From Octopus sinensis (taxonomy: Eukaryota): a stretch of DNA of 64,000 bases. This document shows positions 1-12,589 of this stretch, in pieces. The stretch's first letter is position 1. Each line of letters starts with the position of its first letter. Location: assembly GCF_006345805.1 (NCBI RefSeq), contig NC_043009.1:7192001-7256000 (forward strand). The letters are read 5' to 3'. The translations under genes and the position numbers were made by a program. Below the pieces are notes generated by a model. The model worked only from the letters and a program-made list of their open reading frames with translations, was not told where the DNA came from and did no database searches.

Positions 1-161
1 GCCACAGGATTACTCATTTATCCCGGCGCTGAGTGGACTGGAGCAATGTAAAATGAAGTGTTTTGCGCAAGGATACAACATGTCGCCCGGCCCTGGAATC
101 GAAATCACATTCTTACGATTCATGAGTCCAACACCCGACCCACTGAATCACGCGCCTCTAC
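1..161 (-). mobile_element. tRNA-derived SINE-C (CORE-like), 5' part
   Basis: Reverse complement begins gtagaggcgcgtgattcagtgg (A-box-like) ... tttcgattcc (B-box-like), then tccttgcgcaaaacacttcatttt...tgctccagtccactcagc. Same family as 21744, 22430, 29750 and 31775. Confidence 0.85.
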
Positions 162-862
162 CATCTGAATGAGAAGAGAAACTAAAAATAGCAATGATTC
201 GACTCGACAGATGGTCTTCGGACGGAAATACGTACAGAACTAGACGCATTAACAATCTGTCAGTAAATGAACTGAATATCTGGAAGATACGTTGATTGTA
301 ATAACGATATTGGTATATATAAACATTTTTATGATTTCAAATGAAAAACTACGCCTGGAATAGCATAATATAAATATACTTGAATTAAATTACTATTTGT
401 ATTTATGACTAGTACAAGTACGACATGGCTACCGAGGATACTATGGGAGCTAAATGATATGGAAATACTTAACAGAATAAAAATGTCATTACATATATTC
501 CAAGTTTAATAAAACTGTGCGCAGAATTTGAATTACCAGCGTTGTGACGAATAATGAGTGAATACGCAAATTGATATTTTCTCAACAGAAATTGTACATT
601 TACTTCATTCAACCTTCATATGGTGTGTTGAGTGTCTTCATAAAGCAGCCAAATCTTCCCAAATGACACTGTGCCTTCTTAAATGACAAAAGATACAATA
701 GTAATTATTTATACCTATAAAATAATTGATCTAACCGTTATAATGTATCTTTTACTTGTTTAAGTTATTGACCTGCAGTCAGGATGGGGCACAACTTTCA
801 AGGGATTTTAGTTGCACAAATCGACGCTAGTGCCTATTCTTTTAAACTTGATACTTATTCGA

Positions 863-1060
863 CTAGCATGTGTTACCAAATCGCTCAGTCATGTGGACGT
901 AAACAAACCAACGCCGTTGTGGTAGGTGAGGTAACAATTCCGACACAAAGATAGACACCCACATATATGAAGGGCTTTCATATTGTCTAATGGCCCAGTG
1001 CACGGCGCAGTGGCAGTGAACCCGATAAGCAGTGGTTGCAAAGCATACATCAGAACCACC
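863..1060 (-). mobile_element. Old diverged SINE-B copy
   Basis: Degenerate match to SINE-B (ggacgtaaacaaacca...gggctttca...cagtgaaccc). Confidence 0.5.
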
Positions 1061-1139
1061 CAGCCGTATCAAATCAAAGTGGGAACACATTTGATCAAAA
1101 CTGTACTCGAACACACGTGATCGAGGTATAAGTCACACA

Positions 1140-1460
1140 AACCAATAAACCCGTTTCAAGAGGCATTTCCTCTATAGGATCCTATCAGAAACAACAGTTA
1201 TTACATTTTCCGACGGGATTCCCAAAGAGCTCCAACTGAGACAACCACTATTATCCAGTCATCTCATACATGGTTTACCCCGAGGTCTCCTGTCTTTTTG
1301 TTCAACTTGAAGAGTCCATTTTGCGATTCTATCCTGTACCCGCCTAATCACATACTCAGAGTACTGAAAATGTGATTTCTCAATGCAGAGAGGAAGCGGC
1401 TCGATCTGGCGAGACTCCACATGGTAATGGTTCAGCGCTAAAAAATTCGATCTCGTTCCT
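1140..1460 (-). pseudogene. RTE-clade LINE (Expander/Rex3-like) C-terminal fragment
   Basis: Hand translation IEPLPLCIEKSHFQYSEYVIRR...RRPRGKPCMR*LDN...WSSLGIPSENV...DRIL*R resembles the RTE C-terminus (EPLLLRIERSQLRW...GRRPRGRP..RW.D...W..LGIP). Contains stops. Confidence 0.75.
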
Positions 1461-1474
1461 AATGTATATTTCTT

Positions 1475-1786
1475 TGCTACCCACGAGTGGCTAAAGTCGA
1501 CCTCGGCGGAATTTGAACTCAGAACGTAATGACAAACGAAATATCTATTTCTCTTTCTTTACTACCCACAAGGGGCTAAACACAGAGGGGACAAACAAGG
1601 ACAGACAAACAAATAAAGTCGATTATATCGACCCCAGTGCGTAACTGGTACTTAATTTATCGACTCTGAAAGGATGAAAGGCAAAGTCGACCTCAGTGGA
1701 ATTTGAACTCAGAACGTAACCGCAGACGAAATACAGCTACGCATTTCGCCCGGCGTGCTAACGTTTCTGCCAACTGGCCGCCTTTC
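1475..1786 (-). mobile_element. SINE-A: head plus two bodies (second internally deleted)
   Basis: Head ggcggccagttggcagaaacgttagcacgccgggcgaaatgc followed by the body ttctgagttcaaattcc..gaggtcgactttg twice. Confidence 0.85.
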
Positions 1787-2104
1787 ATAATGTAGTTCGG
1801 TGATCTAAAAGCTGTAAATTTGGCTTACTATATAACTTACTTGCTAATATTATTTTTAAAAAAGAAACACTTATTTATATGGAAGGAAAATTAAATATTT
1901 TTTGTTATTATACTCGCTAGATGCAACGCAACGAATAATTCTGAATGTGCCAGCAATGTTGGATGTTGCGTCTTAGAGAAATCGAAGATAGTGGGGACAT
2001 TTTTCATAATAATGATGATACCGCAGACATTGCATGCTATATGTTTGCAGACAAAATATAATCTACATGCATGTGCCAGTTTGTATGTTTGTATGCAAAC
2101 GCAA

Positions 2105-2199
2105 ACATATATGCATATATATATATGCACATACACACATGTATATGTGTATATATATATATATACATAAAATAAACATACATTAATAATCTCTGACAT

Positions 2200-2243
<44 letters not shown>

Positions 2244-2400
2244 ACATACACATTAGCATAGGTATGTGTATACGTACATATATACCTACAAATATGTTTT
2301 ACAGATACACACACACACAAGCACACATTCCCAGATATGTGTGCTAGTGTGAGATTGTGTGTGGTGTGTGGTGTGTGTGTGTGGGTTTGTGTGTGTTTAT
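2105..2400. repeat. Compound (TA)n/(CA)n/(TG)n microsatellite
   Basis: Directly visible. Confidence 0.95.
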
Positions 2401-2629
2401 TGTTGCGATGTTGACCAGGTAAACTCTATATTTGTAAAGGTAATTTGTGGTGACAATTAAGTAATATTACTCGACAACTTCCTACTTGTATGGCTTGATC
2501 GGAAAAAAATTGTGTAGCTTCGTCGTAGGTTACCTTAGTAGTAATGAACGAATCAGTAAATAAACAGAAATGTACATTTGTTGGCATGGAAATATAGAAT
2601 TATTTCCATAAAATATATTCTATAGCAGG

Positions 2630-2812
2630 TACTACGTCGGTTACGACGGTGATTGTTCCAGTTGAGCCGATCAAGAGAACATCTCTGCTCGTAGAATTAA
2701 CATACAATTAGCTGACACTTCAAAGACACGCGTAGACTTAACACAGTTCTCAGAAAGATTCAACGTAACAGACAATGTCACAAGGCCGGCCATTTGAATT
2801 ACCGTAAATTCT
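2630..2812 (-). mobile_element. Old SINE-C 3' tail fragment
   Basis: Degenerate match to the tail at 22430-22610 (cgtcggttacgacg...ccgatcaa...gctcgt.gaattaac). Confidence 0.65.
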
Positions 2813-2909
2813 TGAGTATAGTCCACTAAACCTAAACCTTGTGTATAATAACTCTAACTTGAGTCAAGGAGGTTTATATAATGTCCTTGGTTTGTATCTA
2901 CGACGATTT

Positions 2910-3105
2910 CATCTCAATCGAAGGATCCGTGGAATAAGCTGCCGATCGAGATAGTGAAGATGCCGATGACCGCTCGGTTCAAAGTCTCTCTTGACCAGAA
3001 ATGGCCTGAACTCTTTGTATGACCACTGTCCCTGTACATAACTCCCTGTCCCCCTACATGGCCTTGCTTTTGCTTCTTGAGCCAATAAAAATTGAATTGA
3101 ATGAA
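2910..3105 (+). mobile_element. CR1-like LINE 3' end (ORF2 C-terminus plus 3' UTR)
   Basis: Frame reads DPWNKLPIEIVKMPMTARFKVSLDQKWPELFV*, matching the CR1-type WN.LP..V.....FK..LD..W terminus. Followed by a short UTR ending aataaaaattgaattgaatg. Confidence 0.8.
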
Positions 3106-3733
3106 TAATAATGTATACGGTTGCATCCTTTGTTATTATTGTACATTTAACATAATGCAAACGTGTAGCTTTTGTGTTCATTTTGTTTGCAGAAAATAAA
3201 GAAATAACAGTAATAACGTTTAATAAATGTTGCTTACTGCAAGTTATGGATGATTCTTTTATGACTTCATTGCTTTCAGGCTTAGCTTAAGATATTTTCC
3301 CGCCCAACATCACAAAATGCGTCTGGATAAACATTGCCGGACAGCAAATAGAGACTCGGACATTGCTTAGAAAATAATTTTCATTTTTAACCTTATATAT
3401 AGTACGCACTAGGGATTTTGACCTTTAAATTTTTGGGGGAAAATGCGGATTATACTCGAGGATTTACGGTATAGTTACACCTGGAACACCTTTACTCATA
3501 TTTCTGTTCGGTCATGGCTGAAAACAACAAACATTAACGGAGTGTTAAACTCTTTAATTGGTGATGTAAATCCAAACTAAAAAAATATATAATAGAAAAT
3601 AGTGAATAAATATGAGAAAGAACTATGTTATATTTCTCATTGAAGTGAAGGCAAATAAATACATCCAGATATTGCTTTTAAATTTCTTACTCAGCAAAGA
3701 TTTATCTCCCTTACAGATGACCGAAATATTTTT

Positions 3734-5392
3734 TTCTACTCTAGGAACAAGGTCCGAAATTTTTGAGGAGGGGAGCCAGTCGATTAGATCGACCCAGTAC
3801 ACAACTGGTACTTAATTTATCGACGCCAAAAGGATGAAAGTCAAATTCGACCTCGGCGGAATTTGAACTCAGAACATAAAGACAAACGAAATACCTATCT
3901 CTTTACTACTCACAAGGGGCTAAACACAGAGGGGACAAACAAGGGCAGACAAACGGATTAAGTCGATTACATCGACCCCAGTGCGGAAATGGTATTTATT
4001 TAATCGACCCCGAAAGGATGAAAGGCAAATTCGACCTTGGCAGAATTTGAACTCAGGACGTAATGGTAGACGAAATACCTATTTCTTTACTACCCACAAG
4101 GGCAGACAAACGGATTAAGTCGATTATATCGACCCCAGTGCGGAAATGGTATTTATTTAATCGACCCCGAAAGGATGAAAGGCAAATTCGACCTTGGCAG
4201 AATTTGAACTCAGGACGTAATGGTAGACGAAATACCTATTTCTTTACTACCCACAAGGGCAGACAAACGGATTAAGTCGATTATATCGACCCCAGTGCGT
4301 AACTGGTAATTAATTTATCGACCCCAGTGCGTAACTAGTACTTAATTTATCGACCCCGAACGGATGAATGACAAAGTCGACCTCGGCGAAATTTGAACTC
4401 AGAACATAGCGGCAGACGAAAAACCTATTTCTTTACTACCCACAAGGGGCTAAACACAGAGGAGACAAACAAGGTTAGACAAACGGATTTAGTCGATTAT
4501 ATCAACTCTAGTGCGTAACTGGTACTTAATTTATCGACCCCGAAAGGATGAAAGGCAAAGTCGAGCTCGGCGAAATTTGAACTCAGAACATAGCGGCAGA
4601 CGAAATACCTATTTCTTTACTACTCACAAGAAGCTAAACAGAGAGGGCACAAACAAGGTCAAACAAACGGATTAAGTCGATTATATCGACCCTAGTGCGT
4701 AGCTGGTACTTAATTTATCGACCCCGAAAGGATGAAAGTCAAATTCGACCTCGGCGGAATTTGAACTAAGAACGTGAAGACGAACGAAATACCTATTTCT
4801 TTACTACCCATAAGGGGCTAAACACAGAGAGGACAAACAAGGACAGACATGCGGATTAAGTCGATTATATCGACCCCAGTGCGTAACTGATACTTATTTA
4901 ATCGACCCCGAAAGGATGAAAGGCAAAGTCGACCTCGGCGAAATTTGAACTCAGAACATAGCGGCAGACAAAATACCTATTTCTTTACTACCCACAAGGG
5001 GATAAACACAGAGGGGACAAACAAGGACAGACAAACAGATTAAGTCGATTATATCGACCCCAGTGCGTAACTGGTACTTATTTAATCGACCCCGAAAGGA
5101 TGAAAGGCAAGTCGACCTCGGCGAAATTTGAACTCAGAACATAGCGGCAGACGAAATACCTATTTCTTTACTACCCACAAGGGGATAAACACAGAGGGGA
5201 CAAACAAGGTTAGACAAACGGATTAAGTCGATTATATCGACCCTAGTGCGTAACTGGTACTTAATTTATCGACCCCGAAAGGATGAAAGGCAAAGTCGAC
5301 CTCGGCGGAATTTGAACTCAGAATGTAACGGCAGACGAAATACGGCTACGCATTTCGTCCGGCGTGCTAACGTTTCTGCCCACTCGCCGCCT
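3734..5392 (-). repeat. Head-to-tail SINE-A array: one head plus 9 body units of about 183 bp
   Basis: Nine copies of gaatttgaactcag/aaatttgaactcag. Single head at 5345-5392 and short-type tail at 3734-3790. Flanks agatgaccgaaata / agattgccgagata may be a degenerate TSD. Confidence 0.92.
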
Positions 5393-5809
5393 TAGATTGC
5401 CGAGATAGAGTAATACGTCTCGATAGCATGGCGATTTTCTTTCCTGCTACAAATATTATGATTAGAAACTACTCTAAGCGATCGAGCAAATAAGAGTCGA
5501 CATTTTTTACCTGGAAAGTAGATTTGTGCAGGTAGCATTCATCGTAAGTATTCAATTCCAATTGTTAATTAGCATCATAGAACAAAATTGTTAAAAGCAG
5601 CGTTCTGGCATAATTATTTCAGCATCAAAACCACTAACAAGCAGCATCTCTTCCGAATGTCTACGTTCTGATTCCATTTGCCATTGAGCTTAACTTAGTT
5701 TTTTTTTCGTTTTGAGGTCGATAAGTTAAGTAGCGTGGTCGATGGGATCGAATAGATTCTCCCTTCAAAGACCGCTAAACCTTTTCCTAAATTCTTTTCA
5801 ACTACGAGG

Positions 5810-5990
5810 CCTAGAATTTTGTGGGAGGCGTCTTGTCGATTGCATCGACAGCAGTGTACCTATTTCATCGAACCCGATTGAATGAAAGGAAAAGTTGACC
5901 TCGATGGAAGTTGAAGTTAATACGTGAAGACGGATAAAAGGCCGTTAAGTATTTTGTCCGGCATCCTAAGAATTCTACCGGTTTGCTGCC
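5810..5990 (-). mobile_element. Diverged SINE-A
   Basis: gaatgaaaggaaaagttgacctcgatggaagttgaagt, a degenerate body. Confidence 0.65.
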
Positions 5991-5994
5991 TTAA

Positions 5995-6378
5995 CCCCAA
6001 AGTCCATCCCCTCTTCACCGTGGTGGGGACGATGGCAACGGGTAGTGTCAGAGCTATGCTGTCAGGAACGTCGGTTCCTGGTAGGGCCACCCAAGGCGAA
6101 TTGGTCTGACACCGTGTGGTATTACGGCCACAACATGCCAGACGGGGCTCAGGTTAAAATCCTCGGAGTGTCTGCTTTGGCAACTGGCGGCTCCTCGGTC
6201 GTTCTGTACCTGCGTCTGCGGACAATCTGCGGCAAACAGGATGTCTCTACATGCGGGATTGTTGGGGGACCGCTTGTGAAATTCATATTCCCACGAAACT
6301 TCTTTCACTGCCATGGTTCGTGATGCGTTGTGGGTGGTAGAAGAAGCCGACTCAACCCGCCCAGGGTGAATGTCGCCA
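5995..6378 (-). mobile_element. Probable RTE-clade LINE 5'-region fragment
   Basis: GC-rich island. Minus strand has ccctaccagg...cagcatagctc...ccccaccacggtgaag, resembling RTE/Expander 5' UTR motifs as I recall them. Not aligned. Confidence 0.5.
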
Positions 6379-7350
6379 CAAGTACAAGTAAGTTAATCCT
6401 GTTCCTAAATTGGCTTCAAAGTTTGGTACAAGGTACATTACGAATAATATTTTAATAATTGTTATATTATCTTTGGTTTCAATTTGGCTATTGTTGTCTT
6501 CTCTATTGAATAACTTAATTCTGAATCTAATTTTTTGGTATAAACGGTATCAAACCAAATGCCCTGGAGATGGATGGATTCGGCGAAGTTACAGAAAATT
6601 TTAATATTGCATTCTCTAAAGTGAACTATGGATATCAAATTTTAATGGTTTTTCTAACAAAAAATATATCATATTGTTATTGCAAAACGATGATTTATCG
6701 ATGACAGTTTAGAAATAAATGAATATTTTGAAAGCCATTCCGATAGCTCGCAGTTTTGAATTTGTATCATGTGAATGCGAATTGTCCTCCGCAATAATCT
6801 GTAAAATAATGCAAAGAATGATAAGTTCGACATTATACTGTTCGATGTATGCGTGATTATCATAATTCAATGCGAAAGAGTAATGAGATCTTAACAAAGG
6901 AATCTTTAGTTTGTACAACTTTCCCCGGTAACATGCTGGGTTTCATGTCCATAGTTAAACAACTTGCTCAGGTAACTCAAGCCGCAGTGTCAGTATTTGT
7001 TTCTATCTAAATCCATTCCCCGAGTGGTATGTACATGCGATATAAGATTATTTAGATTTGACCCAAGCGTTACGAGTTCTAGTAGGACTACGATACTGAA
7101 GGAGTTTTCAAGGTCCTTCCTTAGGACTTGATATAGGAAGACACAGTCAGTCATAACATGAGCATACTCTCAAATATATTGCTTTATATATTCGGGCAAA
7201 ATGTACTGGAAAATGAAGTGGATTTATTCAGCACGTTATCTCACAAATTACGAGATCTAATAACGTTTTTCTAACTAAATCGTTGATAAATGGTGTTGTT
7301 GTTGTTACCGCTGCTGCGGTTGCTGCTATAGTTTTACGCAAGTTACTTTT

Positions 7351-7413
7351 GACTGAACAGATCTTAGATTCCGGACTGAACAGATCTTAGATTCCGGAAT
7401 AGATCTTAGATTC
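7351..7413 (+). repeat. 23-bp tandem repeat, about 2.7 copies
   Basis: gactgaacagatcttagattccg twice plus a partial copy. Confidence 0.9.
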
Positions 7414-8172
7414 TCAGACTACGCTTCATTCATATAATAGAAAAAGATTGGAAAAGGGCTTTTGCTGCTATCTCTCGTAGTTTGAGCAACCGTACAGTCT
7501 CCTACTCGTTTGAGGTTTCAATGAATATGAGATTTTTACGAGATAAGCTTTCAATTGAACCACTTCAAAATACTAGTATCTTTCATCGCTTATAACTGTC
7601 CAAAGAATTTTCAACTGGAAATATTTTGGAGAGCATTACCATCATATACTCTTCACCATTTTTCTAGAATATTTGTTGTAGCGTTTAGTGTCTAAACAAG
7701 AACACGATTTTGTAATCTTCTTGTTATCTAATGTAACAGAAGATTGGCAGACCCGCTAGGTAAATGTGCTAAAGGGAATTGCATTGGCTTCGTTGAAATC
7801 AATATCGATTCACAGACACATCGTGATAAAAGATGACAACCTCTTACTGTACAGAGTTTTCAGCGATTCTCTAATCTAATTTTCGGCGATCGGTGGGCTT
7901 CACGGAAGAAAAAAATATATACAACAAAGATTTTCCCAATGTAAAATATATGAAGCCAAACAAATGAAACTTGCTAGGATATAATAGCCGGTTCGGACAG
8001 GATTCGAACTCAGAATTTGGAGCATATAAACTAACTTCTCTAAGGTATTTAGCTTGCAGGTCTAAAAGCTTTGAAATGTGAAACAAAGATACTAACCTGT
8101 GGAAAGTATTTAACTTGGAGGTCTGAAATCTCTATTTAAATTGAAAAATTATGCCAGGTTTATCACGGTTTG

Positions 8173-8392
8173 GTGGAGGCACGTGACTTTGTAATTACCG
8201 TGCTGCAGTAATGGTAGTAAGATTGTGGTTTCGATTCCTGAACCGATGTGTATTTGAGCAAAACACATCGTTTCACATCGTGTGCGCAAGTCCACTCCTC
8301 TGTCAAAAATAAGTTATCATGCACCGGACTGGCATCTCGTCCAGCAGGGGATATATGCGTCACAGAATCCGGCTAACTGGTCTTATGAGACT
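8173..8392 (+). mobile_element. Diverged SINE-C
   Basis: gtggaggcacgtgact...gtttcgattcctg...gagcaaaacac...ggactggcatctcgtccag. Confidence 0.75.
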
Positions 8393-8499
8393 ACGTTACG
8401 GAAAAACGTTTGATCCTCGATATAATAGAGTATGATTTAGGCACAAGTCAGTAATTTTGAGGGAATGGGAGTTCGTCGCTGTCATTCACATCCAGTATT

Positions 8500-8806
8500 T
8501 TATTCTTTGTTCCTTCTCGAGCCACGCCTGGCTCATTAGGGCCGGTTTCTCGGTTTCCTTATTGTATAGGTTCCCCACCTGGACGGGACGCCGATCCGTG
8601 ACAGGTGAGCTGCAAGAAGCAGGAGAAAAGAGTGAGAAAAAGTTGTGGCGAAAGAGTCAGCAGAAGTTCGCCATTACCTTCTGCCGGAGCCGCATGGAGC
8701 TTAGGTGTTTCACTCATAAACACACATATCGCCCGGTCTGAGATTCGAACCCGCGATCGCTCGACCGCGATTCTACTGCTCTAACCACTAGGCCATATGC
8801 CTCCAC
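8500..8806 (-). mobile_element. tRNA-derived SINE-D, tail type i
   Basis: A box tggcctagtgg and B box ggttcgaatc. Full-length match to 19634-19948. Flanks agtattttatt / agtaatttatt resemble an 11-bp TSD. Confidence 0.88.
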
Positions 8807-9199
8807 AGTAATTTATTGACTGAAACCGGTACTGAGATGTCTTTTATAAATTATTTTAGCATTTTGTATCTTGACTTTTTTCCATATATATATATACAAT
8901 TTAGATAATAAGTGTAAAAAATTAATGTTAATTAGATTAATATCAATTTAAACCAGCGACTTAGCATATTGAAAAAAATCTGACGATTCATAAAATTATG
9001 TTACATACTTATAAGAGGACTGACTACTAGGTGGACTCCTAATATGCTAAATGTAGACCCTATTTAGTTTGACCATTAAGAAAAATTGTTGTCAAGAATA
9101 TTCGGCGAACGCCAGTACTTAAAGCGAGCAAGACAAATGAAAAGATACAAAATATACTGATTATAAGGTGCAATGCACTCATAGTTGAGTGCTGGTATA

Positions 9200-9535
9200 T
9201 CATATACATACATACATACATTCATACATACATACATACATACATACATACATACATACATACATACATAAATACACACATACATACATACACACATACA
9301 TACATACATACATACATACACACATACACATATACGTACATACATGCATACATACATACATACATACATGCATACATACATACACACATACATACATACA
9401 TACACATACATACATACAAACATACATACATACACACATACACACATACATACATACATACATGCATGCATACATACATACATACATATATACATACATA
9501 CATACATACATCCATACATACATACATACGTGCAT
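9200..9535. repeat. (CATA)n microsatellite
   Basis: Directly visible. Confidence 0.97.
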
Positions 9536-9947
9536 GCAATCTGAAGAATTTAAACTTCCCAAAACCAGAAAGAAGAAAACTGATTCAAAGAATGCAGATC
9601 TAAGCCTTCACTAAAACTGTAAAAATCTGTAAAAATTTCCAGCATTTATCCATTTAAGCATATATGAGCATGTCTAGATATGCAATTATAAGCATGGGAA
9701 TTCATACATGAAACAAAACATAGGAATTTGCACATATACTTAAATATCTACATACATACAAAAATTCCCTGTTATTCAAATTCCAATGACAGAGCCTTGC
9801 ATCTAGGTTAGAAACCGGTTCTTTCTGTATTGGGAAACAATCTTGAGATAAAACTGAATAAAGACATATATACATACATATATGCGCGCGTGCGTCTGTG
9901 CGTATACGTAAGCAGAGTGTGGGAGTGAATGATTTATATAGAATTTC

Positions 9948-10385
9948 AGGATCTTTTCGGTTTGAACGGCAGTTTTTTAACATAATTTCTAGGTAACTAA
10001 AAAATTTTAAACTTCATACACTGGTAGAATGTGTTTATAAAACATCTTTTTCTCTTGGCTTTCTTGAGAAAATTCTATAGTTGGTAAGATACTTGTTTTT
10101 TTCTTCAATTTCTGCAATTTCAACCAATCACTGATGTCTATTGAGGTAAAAAAAAAACACATTCTGTGCCGTGTAAATATGTCCCTCGTTTAAGAAACAG
10201 AGTGGGTTTATTTACATTTGTGAAGAAAAAAATATACCCTTTCCCCCACCCGTAACCCTAACTGTAACTAACCCTAACCCTAAAACAGATTGAAATGCAA
10301 TAGATCGATACTAGGGTCATAATTATGGGTGACAATTTCATATGACACCGCTAGAAAAAACTGCCGTTCAAACCGCAAGGATCAG
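9948..10385. mobile_element. MITE with about 29-bp TIRs and internal (CCCTAA)-like hexamers, copy 1
   Basis: Left ggatcttttcggtttgaacggcagttttt, right aaaaactgccgttcaaaccgcaaggatc. Internal aaccctaactgtaactaaccctaaccctaa at about 10250-10284. Confidence 0.85.
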
Positions 10386-11715
10386 AAATTCATAAACCTA
10401 TATCACTCTCCTTTACATGTTGCCTGCTCTTTTCCCTCCACCTTTCTGTTTCCATTTCCGTCTGCATATCTCTAATGTATCTCTGCTGACATTGTAAGGT
10501 ATTTCTTATACACGCTGTTACTCAACACGAATTTGTAACAGATAAATTCCTATATTCCTATATTCCCGCGTAGTTAAATCGAATTCTGAATATTGATCAG
10601 AATTGAACTTCATACATTTGCATCCATCCACCTTCTTAAAGATATATATTCTTACAAACTCGCACATTTATTCTAACGTATACAGTCATTTCCATACACA
10701 AGGATGATTTAATTCTTTTTAGAAGGGCATGAACATCACATCGTCTCATTGACAACATCAATAAATTTATAGCTTTGCAGTTACGTTAGAAATCAATAAT
10801 AATATAAAACGGGAGAATTGTAATGTTGGCAATTGTGAGCTTTTGGACAATAAAAGTGTAGGGAATCAACCACTAATGCAATACTTTGGGTTGGCTCTTT
10901 AGCATGAAGCAACGTTGATGTTTAATCTTGGACGAAGAGAAACACTGAGGAATTGATGCATGGATAAATGATTTTTAGTCTCTCGTGGTTAAATCAATTC
11001 TACTACAACAGAACGAGTGAATGAAGAAGAGAGATAGACCAATACTTGAGGACAGCAGTTTAGAAGTTAATTTTGAAAGCCAGAATCATCTAGATTGATT
11101 GAGAGATTATTGAACACGTATCAGATTCTATGGATGTACGATACAAAATAGATGAGGCATTTATGAACATTTGATATTGTATAGGCATATTTTTAGTTTC
11201 ATCTACGCAAGCAGCTGCAGTTAATAAGGAACTGCGTTTATAACTTTTAAGAGGCCAAGGTTTGTATAGTATGAAATAAAGAGCAGTTTTATTGATTCGT
11301 AGATTAGCAGTGCCATATATATTTGTTCCGTAATGCCCAAAGGCAAGAAAATACAAGTGTGCGAGTACGTGTGTGTTTGTGTGTGTTTGTGTGTATCTAT
11401 ATATATATATCTGTGTGTATGTTTGTGCGTGCGTGTATTTGACTGGTAACATTGAAACGTTAAAGTTTGATATAATCATTCAGAAGCGATGGAGGAATAC
11501 TTGCAATTCGATCTAATCAGTCAGACACTCTACTTTAAATCGATCGAGTGTCGACAAGCAAAAGATAGTCTTCCGATGTTCAGAGCACTCGGTACGGTTT
11601 CGCTAACGAATTAAAGCAATTTCTTTTCGGTTTTCCTTTAATAAATTTGAAGGAAACAAGAGAGCACATAGTTAGTCTAACCATGAAATAAATCTATTGC
11701 ATCTAGTAAAGACGA

Positions 11716-12138
11716 AGGACGTTTTCGGTTTGAACGGCAGTTTTTAACATAATTTCTAGGTAACTAAACATTTAAAAACTTAGTATACTGGTAGAATTTG
11801 TTTATAAAAATTCTTTTTCTCTTGGCTTTATTGAGAAAATTCTATAGTTTGTAAGATATTTGTTGTTTTTTTTTCTTCAATTTCTGCAATTTCAATCAAT
11901 CACTGACGTCTATTGAGTTAAAAAACATTCTGTGCCGTATGAATATTCCCTCGTTTAAGAAACACATTGGGTTTATTTACATTTGTGAAGAAAAAAAGAT
12001 ACCCTTCTCCCACCCCTAACCCAACCCTAACCCTAAAAGAGATTGAAATGCAATAGATCGATTCTAGGGTCATAATTATGAGTGACAATTTCATATTACA
12101 CCGCTAGAAAAAACTGCCGTTCAAACCGAAAAGATCCT
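11716..12138. mobile_element. Same MITE, copy 2
   Basis: Colinear with 9948-10385. Right TIR aaaaactgccgttcaaaccgaaaagatcc; ccctaacccaaccctaaccctaa at about 12013-12036. Confidence 0.85.
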
Positions 12139-12589
12139 GTGATAACCGTTTAAATTAATTGTTATAATATTTAAATAACGACGAAAGAGAAAATGCATTA
12201 TGCATAAGAATGATACGTTTCTATATTCCATTCCTTTCTGGCCCCTAAATGTACTACTTTTACATATCTCAGGCAAAATACTTTTACGTCACTGCTTTTC
12301 CTATCATATTGCCGTTTTTCGTGGGGTATTTTTTTTACCTTTTTTTTTCTATCCTGGGATGTTTTGACGACACGATTACGAATTATATGTTGTCGCAAAA
12401 TATGTTCTCTTTCAAATAAGCCCTTTTATTAGCTGCAGGTAAGTTCTGACTAATGTAATGCATGCTGCTGTAAACAACTTAACTATATGCATACCGGAAC
12501 AAAAAAAAACTGACTCTATATTTACCTTATATACAGTGTCATTTATTTTCTTTGACGCACCCAAACACGATTTTATGAAAGTTTCTATA

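Noticed and set aside
3734-5392. Regular repeat array resembling CRISPR
   Set aside because: Whole units of about 183 bp repeat with no unique spacers and no cas genes, and the units are SINE bodies.
9076-9614. Overlapping ORFs of 105-147 aa
   Set aside because: Translations of (CATA)n.
10248-10284. Telomere or chromosome-fusion relic
   Set aside because: Only 3-4 hexamers, at a fixed position inside a twice-repeated MITE.
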